Shown here in pieces: positions 1-9,929 of a DNA stretch of 32,000 nt. The DNA is from Edaphobacter aggregans (lineage in GTDB: Bacteria; Acidobacteriota; Terriglobia; Terriglobales; Acidobacteriaceae), in the NCBI RefSeq assembly GCF_003945235.1, contig NZ_RSDW01000001.1, positions 5,550,001-5,582,000 of the forward strand, given 5' to 3'. The position numbers and the translations under genes were made by a program. The number at the start of each line of letters is the position of its first letter. The stretch's first letter is position 1. The notes beneath the pieces are model-generated. The model saw only the letters and a list, made by a program, of their open reading frames with translations, was not told the origin of the DNA and did no database searches.

Positions 1-52
1 TTCGAAAGTGTCCCAGTTTCTCACCATCACCAGCGCGCCCTGACAAAGCGAT

Positions 53-131
53 AGTGTCCGGTTGGTCGGCTAACCGGAAGTTGTTCACTTGGACGAGTAG
101 TCGCCATCTCGTACAGTTGGGAGCCTAGGCA
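53..131 (+). repeat. Dispersed intergenic repeat, copy A (~78 nt)
   Basis: Aligns by eye with 2954-3028 in the same orientation. There is a 13/13 block TGGTCGGCTAACC, then about 40/56 matches including GGACGArTAGTCGsCATCTCG. It lies just downstream of the kinase stop on the minus strand. Confidence 0.6.
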
Positions 132-281
132 AAGCATGGTGAGAATGACACCGCCGAGAATGACCGGGCCTTTCGGCGTGGCCTGATACACGTCATGAGC
201 CGCCCCCTGGTCGCGATGTGTTTACGTATCTACTAGAAGCGGGCCATTGGTCGATTCCGGTGAGACCGTTGGCTCATTCAT

Positions 282-2885
282 TTATTTTTTCGCCACTTGG
301 CTGAATCGCCACAACTCCGACCGCAGCACGTCGTGCATTGCTATGAAGTCCCCCTCCAGCGTCCACCCGGGCGCGAGAGTGTCTCCCCGCCTGTCAAACG
401 AAATCGCCGTCACCTTCCGGCCATCCGAAATCGCAGGTTGGTAGTCGAAATCACGTGCTGTCACCACATTCAGCAGAATGAGTCCCTTTTGGTTGATCGC
501 CGATGCGGACAGGTTCACCGCTGCAAGCCTTATTCCGGCGGGAAGCACGATCGGTTCGGCGGCACCTGAAGGAAGCTGGATGCGCACGATTCCCTTGATG
601 TTGTGGATGACAAGCATCCGTCCCGCCGGGTCGATCGCGAGGTCTTCGCCCTCGGCGACCCGCACTGGTGGCCCTCCGGTGTCCTGCATCGAGTAGATAT
701 TGTCCTCCGCGACGTAATAAATGGTTTTCAGGCTGGACGAAACAGCTAAGGCCGTCGCATTGCCGCCGGGAACCGGAATTTCCCGCTGGACCACGCCGTT
801 GTGAACAGAGACAAAGGCGATGCGGCGCTTTCCGGGGGCACCAAGCAAAAGGGCTACCACATCCGCGCTCACCGGCGCAGCATATGCGACGTCCGCGGCA
901 TCCGCCTGTAGAAAAGGATGAAAGTCCGTGCCCATCATCCCGCTGAGCAGCCGCAAATTGCCACCTAACGGAGCCGTGATCAGAACGCGCCCATCCTTCA
1001 ACGCCAGCGCCATGTTGTTAAGGGGGGCAGGCGTCGCCGATTCCGCAATAAGTTTGCCTTCCACAGTGAACCGCGAGATCGACGGGCTCATCTCGGCCGA
1101 GTCCACGTAGATTGATCCATCAGGCGCGGCATCCACATAAAACGGCGGCCTGCCATTTGAGAATGAAAGCACACGCGAGTGTCCGGGTCTCCCATTTCTC
1201 TCTACGCGGATCAACTCAAAACTGTTTTGTTCCCTCCCCAGCATCAGGACGCCACGGCCGTCCGGAGTCGGCACTACGGGAAGTCCCAACTGAAAATCGA
1301 GGCGATCGATACGCGCCTGGGGATCGAGCCGGCGAGATTTGCGCGTAGCGAGATCGAGGATGTACGGCTGCGCGCCGGATTCGATGCCAGCTTCCTGTGT
1401 CGCTCCGATGAATACGATCTCTTTACCGTCCGGGAATGCGCGAATCGGCGGTCCCGCATCCCACCGCTCCAGATACGCGGGCAGAGGCTCGCTTCGACCC
1501 GACTCCGGCCAAAACCGAAACGCCTGGTTGTTCCCCCGCAGCGTCCTCTTGAGCACGACTAGGCTACCGTCAGGCAGCGGCTGCGGCGCCCATGCGTCTT
1601 CCAGCAGCAGGGTGGGTTCTCCGCCAAGCGGCGGAATCGAATACACCCCGGCGGGCCGTTCCCAAAAGCGGTCGAAGAAGAGGCGCGAACCGTCCCGAGC
1701 CCAGGCTACGTTGGTGACGGAACCATTGCTGGTATCGTCTGTCAGGACGTTCCAACTCCCTCCGTCGGGTTTCATGATCGCCACCTGCGTCTGCCGGTTG
1801 ACGAGGGCGATCAGCGCCAGCATCTGGCCGTCCGGAGACACTCGCGGTGAGAAGGCAACAACAGGGCCGCCCAGGCGGACGCCGGCCCATGCCGGTGTTG
1901 CCTCCGGAGCACGAGTCCGCCAGAGAATGAAAGCAGCAACGATGGCAAGTACGGTTGCGGAAGCAGCAACCCACCTCCGCTTCACGGGTGAGAGCGTGGC
2001 TTGCGACCCGGTAACTTGGCTACCCGTGCCTGAATCACTCAGAGCTTCTAGCGCGAACTCCAGATCTGTCGCATGCTGTAGTCGATGCGCCGGGTTCTTG
2101 GCGAGGCAGCGACTTACGATCCTCTGCAATCCCGGCGGGACGCTCGGCGCAATCTGCGAAACCGATGGCGGGTCTTCGTTCAGGATCGCCGCCATAGTCT
2201 CCGCCAAAGTTGCCTTGCGAAATGCGGGTTTCCCGGTCAGCATCTCGTACAGAACTATGCCGACTGCAAAGATGTCGCTGCGTGCGTCGGCAACTTCTCC
2301 GCGAACCTGCTCGGGCGACATGTAGCGGACTGTCCCAAGCACGTGTCCCGGAACCGATTCCTGCCGGAAACTGACGGTTGAGCCATCTGCACTCGCGGCT
2401 TTAGCTGGATTCAGCTTGGCCAATCCGAAGTCGAGTATCTTGATCCGCCCATCTTTCGTCACCCAGATATTTTCCGGCTTTAGATCGCGGTGGACGATCC
2501 CGGCATCGTGCGCGGCCGCCAGTCCACGGGCCAACTCCACCCCATGGTCCAGCACCTCCCGCAACCGCATCGGTCCCTTACGAAGGCGCTCGCGTAAGGT
2601 CTCGCCTTGCAGCAGCTCCGTGACGATGTACGGCGATCCATCGTACTGGCCAACGTGAAAGATCGAAACAATGTTGGGATGATTCAGCGCGGCGGCAGCC
2701 TGGGCTTCCAGCTCAAAGCGGCGAAGGCGCTCGGCATCACGTGACCACTCGCCGGGAAGCACCTTGATCGCTACATCGCGTTTCAGCGCGGCGTCGCGGG
2801 CACGATAGACCTCGCCCATACCACCCGCACCCAGGAGCGCAATGATCTCATAAGAGTCTAGCTGGAATCCTGCAACGAGTGGCAT
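282..2885 (-). CDS. Ser/Thr protein kinase with a TM segment and a C-terminal TolB-like beta-propeller
   Basis: 867-aa ORF. Hanks kinase motifs are present: LGAGGMGEVY (G-loop), VAIKVL (Lys), HRDLKPENI (catalytic loop), DFGLAK, MSPEQ. A hydrophobic segment (WVAASATVLAIVAAFILW) follows. The C-terminal half has repeated SPDG/PDGS-type blades. Confidence 0.93.
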   Translation of the reverse strand: MPLVAGFQLDSYEIIALLGAGGMGEVYRARDAALKRDVAIKVLPGEWSRDAERLRRFELEAQAAAALNHPNIVSIFHVGQYDGSPYIVTELLQGETLRERLRKGPMRLREVLDHGVELARGLAAAHDAGIVHRDLKPENIWVTKDGRIKILDFGLAKLNPAKAASADGSTVSFRQESVPGHVLGTVRYMSPEQVRGEVADARSDIFAVGIVLYEMLTGKPAFRKATLAETMAAILNEDPPSVSQIAPSVPPGLQRIVSRCLAKNPAHRLQHATDLEFALEALSDSGTGSQVTGSQATLSPVKRRWVAASATVLAIVAAFILWRTRAPEATPAWAGVRLGGPVVAFSPRVSPDGQMLALIALVNRQTQVAIMKPDGGSWNVLTDDTSNGSVTNVAWARDGSRLFFDRFWERPAGVYSIPPLGGEPTLLLEDAWAPQPLPDGSLVVLKRTLRGNNQAFRFWPESGRSEPLPAYLERWDAGPPIRAFPDGKEIVFIGATQEAGIESGAQPYILDLATRKSRRLDPQARIDRLDFQLGLPVVPTPDGRGVLMLGREQNSFELIRVERNGRPGHSRVLSFSNGRPPFYVDAAPDGSIYVDSAEMSPSISRFTVEGKLIAESATPAPLNNMALALKDGRVLITAPLGGNLRLLSGMMGTDFHPFLQADAADVAYAAPVSADVVALLLGAPGKRRIAFVSVHNGVVQREIPVPGGNATALAVSSSLKTIYYVAEDNIYSMQDTGGPPVRVAEGEDLAIDPAGRMLVIHNIKGIVRIQLPSGAAEPIVLPAGIRLAAVNLSASAINQKGLILLNVVTARDFDYQPAISDGRKVTAISFDRRGDTLAPGWTLEGDFIAMHDVLRSELWRFSQVAKK

Positions 2886-2953
2886 AGGTGCCAGATTATA
2901 TGCGAATCGCTGCCTTCTATGGGTAACCCAAAGACATTTGAAAGATGGGACTA

Positions 2954-3028
2954 AGTGTATGGTCGGCTAACCCGAACTGATCCACCTGGACGAATAGTCG
3001 GCATCTCGGACACTTGCCAGCCAGGGCA
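2954..3028 (+). repeat. Dispersed intergenic repeat, copy B (~75 nt)
   Basis: About 77% identical to 53-131 in direct orientation. It lies between the VOC gene stop (3081) and the kinase start (2885), so the kinase gene is bracketed by copies A and B. Confidence 0.6.
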
Positions 3029-3080
3029 CCGCTGGATTTCACATTTCAGACTAGGTGTTTATGAAGTAGCAGCAACCACT

Positions 3081-3479
3081 TCAATAAATCGACCAGACAC
3101 CGGGTGTAGCGATTTCTATCAAGTGGCGGTCAGGGTCGCGAAAGTAAACGCTCTGGCCGCCCAACTCCCACGTGCGCTTCTCTTCCACCACGATTCCGTT
3201 CTCCGCCAGCCAACCTTCCCAACTTGAGAGCTCGGAACTCGGAATCGCGAAGGCGACGTGAAGCTCGCCGTCGCCATCGTGCGGAGATTGGATTAGCCGC
3301 GAACCACCCTTCTTAAATAGCAACAGGACCTGGCGGTTGCCGGCTTGCATTGCGCAGCCACGCTCTCCGAAGTCGCTGATCGTGCGAAACCCAAAAATCT
3401 TCTCGTAAAACCGAGCTGAACCGGCCACATCATTGACGTACAGAGATGACTCGAGGACCCCTTCAGACTTCGGCGGCAT
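3081..3479 (-). CDS. VOC (glyoxalase/bleomycin-resistance/dioxygenase) family protein
   Basis: 132-aa ORF. The sequence LYVNDVAGSARFYEKIFGF...LHVAFAI...VYFRDPDRHLIEI is the typical paired beta-alpha-beta-beta-beta VOC signature. Confidence 0.88.
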   Translation of the reverse strand: MPPKSEGVLESSLYVNDVAGSARFYEKIFGFRTISDFGERGCAMQAGNRQVLLLFKKGGSRLIQSPHDGDGELHVAFAIPSSELSSWEGWLAENGIVVEEKRTWELGGQSVYFRDPDRHLIEIATPGVWSIY

Positions 3480-3743
3480 GTTGAACCTCCGGCGCGCTGC
3501 TCAATCGTATCGCGACCCAAGGGATAAATCGCTCTGAATAGCTCAATGAGCGCTTTGCTCTGTTGTCGCCAACTGTGTCGCCCGCTCTCTGAATCAGGCC
3601 TAAGATTGTTCAAAAAAACCAAGCTACCCATCGTGACGCGGCTTCATCCCGGCTTCGACGCTCTGCCGAATCTTCTTAACTTGCGGCTGATTTACTGCTA
3701 AGCTAAGGCCCTCCCCAATCATTAGCTTTGCCTGAGTCCGCCT

Positions 3744-4637
3744 GTGCCCGAACCGTCGTCCGCCAAGCCGCTCGATTCTCCAGCAGCGTCTGCTACGGAT
3801 TCATCGCCAGAACCTGCGTCCACTCCCCAGGAGTCTCCAGCCTCCATGCTCGACATCCATCCGCCACACCACGCCGCCACCACCTGGCGCGATTTCTTCA
3901 TCCACATCGCCACGATCACCATCGGGCTCTTCATCGCGATCGGCCTCGAACAGACGGTCGAAGCAATCCACCATCTCCACCAGCGCCATCAACTGGAAGA
4001 ACGCCTGCGCGACGAGCTACGCGGCAATCTCGACAAAGGCGAAGAGGACTTCCGGAAGTTTGCACAGATACGCGCCTACATCCTGGAATTGAAGTCGGCG
4101 GTCGTCGCGCGCCGTACCGGCAAACCATCTCCGCCCTCTCCGCCTGCCGCGACCGATACCCGGCGCCAACAGATTCCGCGCGCCCCATCCATCGCCATGT
4201 GGGAGGCTGCCAAGATCGACGCAACCCTCAGCCAGCTTCCCACCCCGGAGATCAACCTCTACAACGGTGTTGTCCTGCAGCATGAGCTCACCTTTGTCGC
4301 CATCAACGATTTCCAGCACGCAGCCTATGCGCTCCAGAGCTTCGAGGAGCGCTTCGTCGACTCGCCCGGGGCCTTCGACATGGGCTACCCTGCGCCTCCC
4401 CCGAACCTCGAAACCATGTCGTCCCCCGACCTGGCAGAATACGAATTTCTTCTCGCTGCCTATATCAAGGCGATTGACCGGCTCGTCGTTCGCATCCATT
4501 TTTTCGACCGTACAGCCCGCGCCATCCTGGACGGCGCAACTGACCGCAACGATCTCAACCGTCGTGCATTTCCGAACCAACAGACTCCGGCACTCACCTC
4601 TACCGCCCCTATCGGACAATCCTCATTCAACCGCTGA
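3744..4637 (+). CDS. Hypothetical single-pass membrane protein
   Basis: 297-aa ORF from GTG 3744, with an alternative ATG at 3846 (MLDIHPPHH...). It has a Pro/Ser/Ala-rich N-terminus, one clear TM helix (FFIHIATITIGLFIAIGL), then a charged helical region. I recognise no family. The start codon is unresolved. Confidence 0.6.
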   Translation: MPEPSSAKPLDSPAASATDSSPEPASTPQESPASMLDIHPPHHAATTWRDFFIHIATITIGLFIAIGLEQTVEAIHHLHQRHQLEERLRDELRGNLDKGEEDFRKFAQIRAYILELKSAVVARRTGKPSPPSPPAATDTRRQQIPRAPSIAMWEAAKIDATLSQLPTPEINLYNGVVLQHELTFVAINDFQHAAYALQSFEERFVDSPGAFDMGYPAPPPNLETMSSPDLAEYEFLLAAYIKAIDRLVVRIHFFDRTARAILDGATDRNDLNRRAFPNQQTPALTSTAPIGQSSFNR

Positions 4638-4927
4638 ACACTCCTCCGCGAGCCCCCGGGTGCTCGATTCATGACACAGGCAAACCTGCGGCAAGGACCG
4701 TGGGACAGCCTGAACAAATAGCTTCCTCCGAATCGACGCATACACGCCCAAAACCCAGACGGGTTGGCGACGCGGAACTGCCGGTCTCAGCTTGAATGAG
4801 TGACTCGGCCTGTACGCGTCAATTGAGAGTGACCGGTCAACAAAAGCCGACTAATGAGATGGTCCGCGCTGTAACCCTCCGTTTGGGCGGAGGATGTAAG
4901 CAGCGGTTTCAGAGGAGGATCATCGGC

Positions 4928-5227
4928 ATGCAGATTCGTTCGGTAGGCATCGACCTTGGCAAGACGACGTTTCACCTTGTTGCGCTGGGAGCTTCGGGCA
5001 AGGTGCTAGTGAAGAAGAAGTTCACACAGAAGCGACTGTTGGCGTTCACGGCGAACATGCAGACTTCGCTGATTGGTCTGGAGGCCTGCTCGGGAGCGCA
5101 TTTTCTTGGAAGAGCACTACGCAACCAAGGACACGATGTGCGTCTGATCGCGGCGCAGTTCGTGAAGCCGTTTGTGAAGTCCAACAAGAACGACTTCGTC
5201 GATGCGGAAGCGATTGCCGAAGCGGTT
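4928..5227 (+). mobile_element. IS110-family (DEDD) transposase, N-terminal ~100-codon fragment only
   Basis: An ATG at 4928 is preceded by GGAGGA. The peptide MQIRSVGIDLGKTTFHLVALG...LIGLEACSGAHFLGRAL...KSNKNDFVDAEAIAEAV matches the IS110 N-terminal DEDD domain. Homology stops abruptly after AEAV, and the rest of a roughly 340-aa transposase is missing. The left boundary of the IS remnant is not determined. Confidence 0.8.
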
Positions 5228-5228
5228 C

Positions 5229-7016
5229 TACACCTTTTTGGGAAGCGGAAGGCTGCGCGATGGAATCACGGTACTGTCGGCGCAGAACGAGATGAGGATG
5301 ATTTCGGAACAACTCCAGCGGCAATATGCCATTACCTGGCGTGACCTGAACGCTAGTGTCATACCTTACTCGGAGGTCGTTGTTGGCCATATCCGATCCA
5401 TTCTGCTGATGCTGCTTAGTGGAGCCAGCCTGCTCTTGCTGATTGCGTGCGTCAACGTAGGCAGTCTTGTTCTGGTGCGGTCGGAGAGCCGAAGACGCGA
5501 GATTGCCGTGCGAGGAGCATTGGGAGCAACCACGGCGCGGCTGGTAAGGCAATTCGTAACCGAAGGGCTTCTGCTTGCAGGACTCGGCAGCGGAGCAGGC
5601 ATCATCGTTGCAGCTGCTCTCATGAGGCTTCTTGCCCACCTGGTTCCTAAAGGCATGGCTTCCGGCATGCCATTCCTTAACGGTGTTGGCTTGAACGCAC
5701 ATACCGTAGCATTCGCTGGCGCAACCGCTTTACTGGCTGCGCTGCTGCTGGCGACAACCCCAGTCTTGCGGTTTTCATTTCAGAGAGTGCGCGACGGATT
5801 GACTGACGGAGATCGCGGCGCAGCCAGCGGACTCTGGCGCAGATTGGGAGCAAATCTGGTCGTCGTTGAACTGGCTATCGCCGTCGTGCTTCTTACAGGA
5901 GCCGGGCTGTTTGGACGGAGCCTTTATCGACTGCTGCATGTACCGCTCGGATTTGACGCGAACCACCTTGCAACGGTGGAAGTCGCAGCACCCGACTCAG
6001 TTTATAAGGGGAAAGAGCAGACCGCAGAGCTTTACAGGGAGATCGCACAACGTATCGCAAGCTTGCCCGGAGTTGAATCGGCAGGTCTTACGTCGAGGTT
6101 GCCGGTAGGGTGTAATTGCCCCACCGACGGAATCCGAATCGTGGGGAGACCCTATCACGGTGAACATAACGAGGTGAACGAACGCCATGTGAGCGCGAGT
6201 TATCTATCCACGCTCAAAGCGACCCTGATGCGGGGACGATTCTTCACCGAGGCTGACGACGCTTCGCACCCTGGAGTGGCCATCATTAATCAGGCGCTTG
6301 CGCGAAAGTTTTTCCCAGGCGTCGATCCTATTGGCCAAAACATCGCAGATGATGAAGGAGGACTGCCATCCGTCTGGCAGATCGTCGGGGTGATCGACGA
6401 CATTCGTGAAGGACCACTCGACGTCGATATTGCGCCCACAGAGTATTTCCCCATCAACCAGACAGACGAGCCCTCCTTCACTCTTGCCGCACGCTCTTCA
6501 CAGGATGCGAACGCACTGCTACCGGTGCTGGTCAGGATGCTTCGACAGATCAACCCGGATTTGGGAGTATCCAATGAAGTGAGTCTGAGCGAAAAAATTG
6601 GGACAACGCAGGCTGCCATGCTGCACCGCTTTTCTGCATGGCTGGTAGGCGGATTCGCAACTACAGCCCTCATACTTGGAGTTGTCGGAGTCTATGGAGT
6701 AATTGCCTACTCGGTAAGCCAAAGGACGCGCGAGATCGGGGTACGCATGGCACTTGGGGCACAGCGCAGTTCTGTGTATCGTCTCGTCCTTCGACAGGCG
6801 GGATGGCTGACTTTAGCAGGGCTGGCCATTGGACTGTTCTGCTCTTTGGGGACGTCAATACTGATGCGTAGTCTTTTGTTCAGCGTGTACGCGTGGGACC
6901 CAGTAACTTTGCTTTGCGTAGCCGCTTTACTTGGTTTGGCATCAATAGCAGCAAGCTTTCTTCCTGCCCGCCGGGCCGCATCGACAGATCCGGTGGAAGC
7001 CCTTCGTGCCGAATAG
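5229..7016 (+). pseudogene. ADOP-type MacB/FtsX permease, 5'-truncated (about 210 N-terminal codons missing)
   Basis: The frame of ORF 5202-7016 matches the full-length paralog at 7274-9712 from its residue ~225 onward (GRLRDGITVLSAQNEM... versus PGATRDAANAEL...). It retains the first FtsX block, the second periplasmic domain and the second FtsX block (REIGVRMALGA). It lacks TM1 and most of the first periplasmic domain. The ATG at 5202 lies inside the IS110 fragment and is not a credible start. Confidence 0.85.
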
Positions 7017-7273
7017 CCTCACCGCGACCTTGGCATCCATTGGTACCAAATCGCCAATGTCCTCACCGAATCCCAGACTCCCTGGTGCGTGGAGTCGTAG
7101 CGCAACCAACTGATTGGTTCCCACTTGTCGGCTTCCAATTATCAATGAGTTCGCTATCAGTGCATTGTCGATTTCTCGCAACTGAAGTCGAAACCGCCTG
7201 AGCAAAGAGATGGCCGGCAGCGTTATACCTATGCGAACATAGACTGCATCGATTGCGCTGCGAGGAATTGGCT

Positions 7274-9712
7274 ATGCAGACTCTGTTTCAGGATCTCCGT
7301 TACGCAACGCGCCAACTCATCCGGAACCTCGGGCTCACGATAACGGCTGTAGTCTCGCTGGCGCTGGGCATTGGCGCGACGACTGCAGTCTTTAGCGTGA
7401 TCTACGCCACATTGGTGAATCCCTATCCGTATCCAGCAGCCGACCGCATCGTCCGTCTGACCGTCTCCAGCAAAGCAAACTTCAGCGATGGGATCAACCT
7501 GAACGGCTCACAGGTGAAGCAACTGCAGCAGTTGCACAGCGTAGAAGGCATGCTCGCCATGGACTACGATGCCATGAATCTTACCGGGCATGATCTTCCC
7601 GAGAACGTCAACACAATCAGCCTCATCTCGAACGGCTTCCATGACCTCGGCGTGTCGCCAATCGTGGGACGGGGATTGTCACCCTCAGACGCTCGTGATG
7701 GCCAGGAGCCGCAACCGGTAGTTGTGCTTTCGTACAAGTTTTGGCAGAAACACTTCTTTGGAGATCGGGCCGTGCTAGGACAGACATTGCAGTTGGACCA
7801 GAAGAACTACGTCATCGTGGGCGTGGCGGCGCCGCGATTCACCTGGTACAGCGCCGACGTCTTTCTTCCTCTCAAGTTGATGCAGGCCCCGAGCCGCCGA
7901 TACATCATCGACATTCTGCTGAAGCCGGGCGCAACTCGCGACGCTGCAAACGCCGAGTTGCAGCCGCTACTCAAGCAGTTCGCCCAAACCATGCCGAAAC
8001 AATTTCCCGAGCACTTCAAGGTGCAGGTGGAAGGGTTGAACGACTGGGTCATCAAGAGCATAGGCGGAACGTTGTATCTGCTCTTTGGCGCCGTCGGGCT
8101 GTTGTTGGCAATCGGCTGCGGCAACGTTTCTATCTTGCTGCTGGCCCGTGGCACTGCGCGACAACACGAACTCGCGGTGCGGGCAGCAATCGGAGCGAAC
8201 CGTAGGCGCATCGTGCGGCAGTTGCTTAGCGAATCGTTGCTGCTGGCTATCATCGGCGCTCTGCTCGGCGTGGCGCTGGCCTACGGCATTCTCGCGGGCA
8301 TGCAGATGGTGTTGCCAAAGTATGCCTTTGCGCCGGAGGTAGTGATCCGAATCAATCTCCCGGTGCTCCTGTTCAGCATCGGCGTCGCGCTGGGAACAGG
8401 TGTTCTCTTTGGTCTGTGGCCCGCACTGCAGCTCTCGCGGCCGCAGTTGAGCCGAATGGTGCTGTCAGGCACTCGGCGCGTCGCCGGAAGCGTGCATGGG
8501 CGCAGAATGCATGATGTGCTGATCGCAGGACAGATCGCACTCACGCTGTTGCTGCTGGCCGGAGCAGGCTCGGCCATGGAGGGCTTTGCGCGGCTTATGC
8601 ACACGCCGCTGGGTTACGACCCGAACAATATCGTGTCGGTAGGAGTTCCTCTCCACAAGAATGCATTTCCGGCGTGGGCCGCTCGTGCAGCTTACTTTGA
8701 GCAGCTGCGGGCGAGCGTCGCGGAGACTCCCGGCGTGACCATGGCAGCAATCTCAAGCAACGCAACTCCGCCGCGCAACGGATCGAACCTGCGATTTGAG
8801 CTATTGGGCAAGCCTTCGACGGACCAGCAGATGGGTTCGATCAATCTTGTCGATTCAGACTACTTTCCGGCCCTTCGCATTCCGCTGTTGCAGGGTCGGC
8901 TATGGAGCGAAGCGGAGAATCAGAATGGTGCCCACGTCGCGGTGATCAACCAGACGCTCGCACGGTCCTACTTTCCGAACGGCGACGCGGTCGGACATTC
9001 GGTCAAGCTGCCAGATATCGAAAGCCGTCCTCCCGAGGTCTTGTCCGCGCCCGGCGCAGCGGACGCATGGCTCATGATCGTCGGCGTTGTCGCGGACGCC
9101 CGCAACGATGGACTAAAAAACCCTGTCAAGCCGGCCGTCTTCATTCCTTACACACTCAGCATGAGCGAGGGCACCCAGATTCTGGCGAGATCGGACGTGC
9201 CTCCCCTGACACTGATGCACGCCGTAGGGAAGCAGGTAAGCGCAGTCAATCCGGAACAGCAGATCTACAACAATCTCGAGGACTTGAACGTTTGGGTCTC
9301 CGAAGAGCCGGAATGGCAACAGGACCATCTGGTGTCGTGGATCTTTGGCCTCTTCGCGGTGCTGGGCCTGGCCCTCGCTGCCGTGGGACTCTACAGCGTC
9401 GTGTCGTATACCGTGGCCCAGCGAACAAACGAATTTGGCATTCGCATGGCGCTGGGTGCGGGGCGTGGTCATGTCTTGCGGATAGTCTTTTCTTCTACGC
9501 TTGTCAGCGTAGGCGGCGGAGTTCTATGCGGCCTCGCGCTTACTTTGGGCTTAAACAAAATTGTTGCGCAGTGGGCTGACGGCAACGCGCGTGACCCTGT
9601 AGTGCTATTGGCGGGCAGCCTGCTGCTTTGCCTGGTAGCTGGAATTGCCTGCGCAATCCCAGCCCGGCGCGCCTCTCGCGTCAATCCAATGACAGCGCTG
9701 CGTTGCGATTAA
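7274..9712 (+). CDS. ADOP-family duplicated FtsX/MacB-like permease (full length)
   Basis: The start is set at ATG 7274 (GAGGA lies 7 nt upstream), giving the family-typical N-terminus MQTLFQDLRYATRQLIRN. There are two FtsX modules (HELAVRAAIGA..., NEFGIRMALGA...), each preceded by a large extracytoplasmic domain. No ATPase gene is adjacent. Confidence 0.92.
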   Translation: MQTLFQDLRYATRQLIRNLGLTITAVVSLALGIGATTAVFSVIYATLVNPYPYPAADRIVRLTVSSKANFSDGINLNGSQVKQLQQLHSVEGMLAMDYDAMNLTGHDLPENVNTISLISNGFHDLGVSPIVGRGLSPSDARDGQEPQPVVVLSYKFWQKHFFGDRAVLGQTLQLDQKNYVIVGVAAPRFTWYSADVFLPLKLMQAPSRRYIIDILLKPGATRDAANAELQPLLKQFAQTMPKQFPEHFKVQVEGLNDWVIKSIGGTLYLLFGAVGLLLAIGCGNVSILLLARGTARQHELAVRAAIGANRRRIVRQLLSESLLLAIIGALLGVALAYGILAGMQMVLPKYAFAPEVVIRINLPVLLFSIGVALGTGVLFGLWPALQLSRPQLSRMVLSGTRRVAGSVHGRRMHDVLIAGQIALTLLLLAGAGSAMEGFARLMHTPLGYDPNNIVSVGVPLHKNAFPAWAARAAYFEQLRASVAETPGVTMAAISSNATPPRNGSNLRFELLGKPSTDQQMGSINLVDSDYFPALRIPLLQGRLWSEAENQNGAHVAVINQTLARSYFPNGDAVGHSVKLPDIESRPPEVLSAPGAADAWLMIVGVVADARNDGLKNPVKPAVFIPYTLSMSEGTQILARSDVPPLTLMHAVGKQVSAVNPEQQIYNNLEDLNVWVSEEPEWQQDHLVSWIFGLFAVLGLALAAVGLYSVVSYTVAQRTNEFGIRMALGAGRGHVLRIVFSSTLVSVGGGVLCGLALTLGLNKIVAQWADGNARDPVVLLAGSLLLCLVAGIACAIPARRASRVNPMTALRCD

Positions 9713-9929
9713 TGGAGGACCTGACGAAATCCGGCGACCAGGTTTGTGCGGCTGCATGCCCTCGGAAAAAGAATTTTTATCCTGGATTCTGCCTTCCTCG
9801 CCATACTGTGCAGAACATGACAATCCACGAGCGGAATCTCACTTCATCAACCTAAAACCGGCGCCTCCGCAATCCAGCGATTGCGCCAACTTCAATAATT
9901 GGGTCAATTCAGCTTGAAAGGTTGGTTTC

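Noticed and set aside
57-3030. A conserved leader mini-ORF inside the dispersed repeat on the minus strand: MATTRPSEQLPVSRP... in copy A and MPTIRPGGSVRVSRPYT in copy B.
   Set aside because: The third copy has AAG instead of ATG. The A/B differences are not biased to synonymous positions, and the lengths differ (26 versus 17 codons). This is more consistent with a non-coding repeat.
5202-5228. ATG 5202 as the true start of a 604-aa permease.
   Set aside because: These codons lie inside the IS110 transposase fragment in another frame. The full-length paralog shows that about 210 N-terminal residues, including TM1, are missing.
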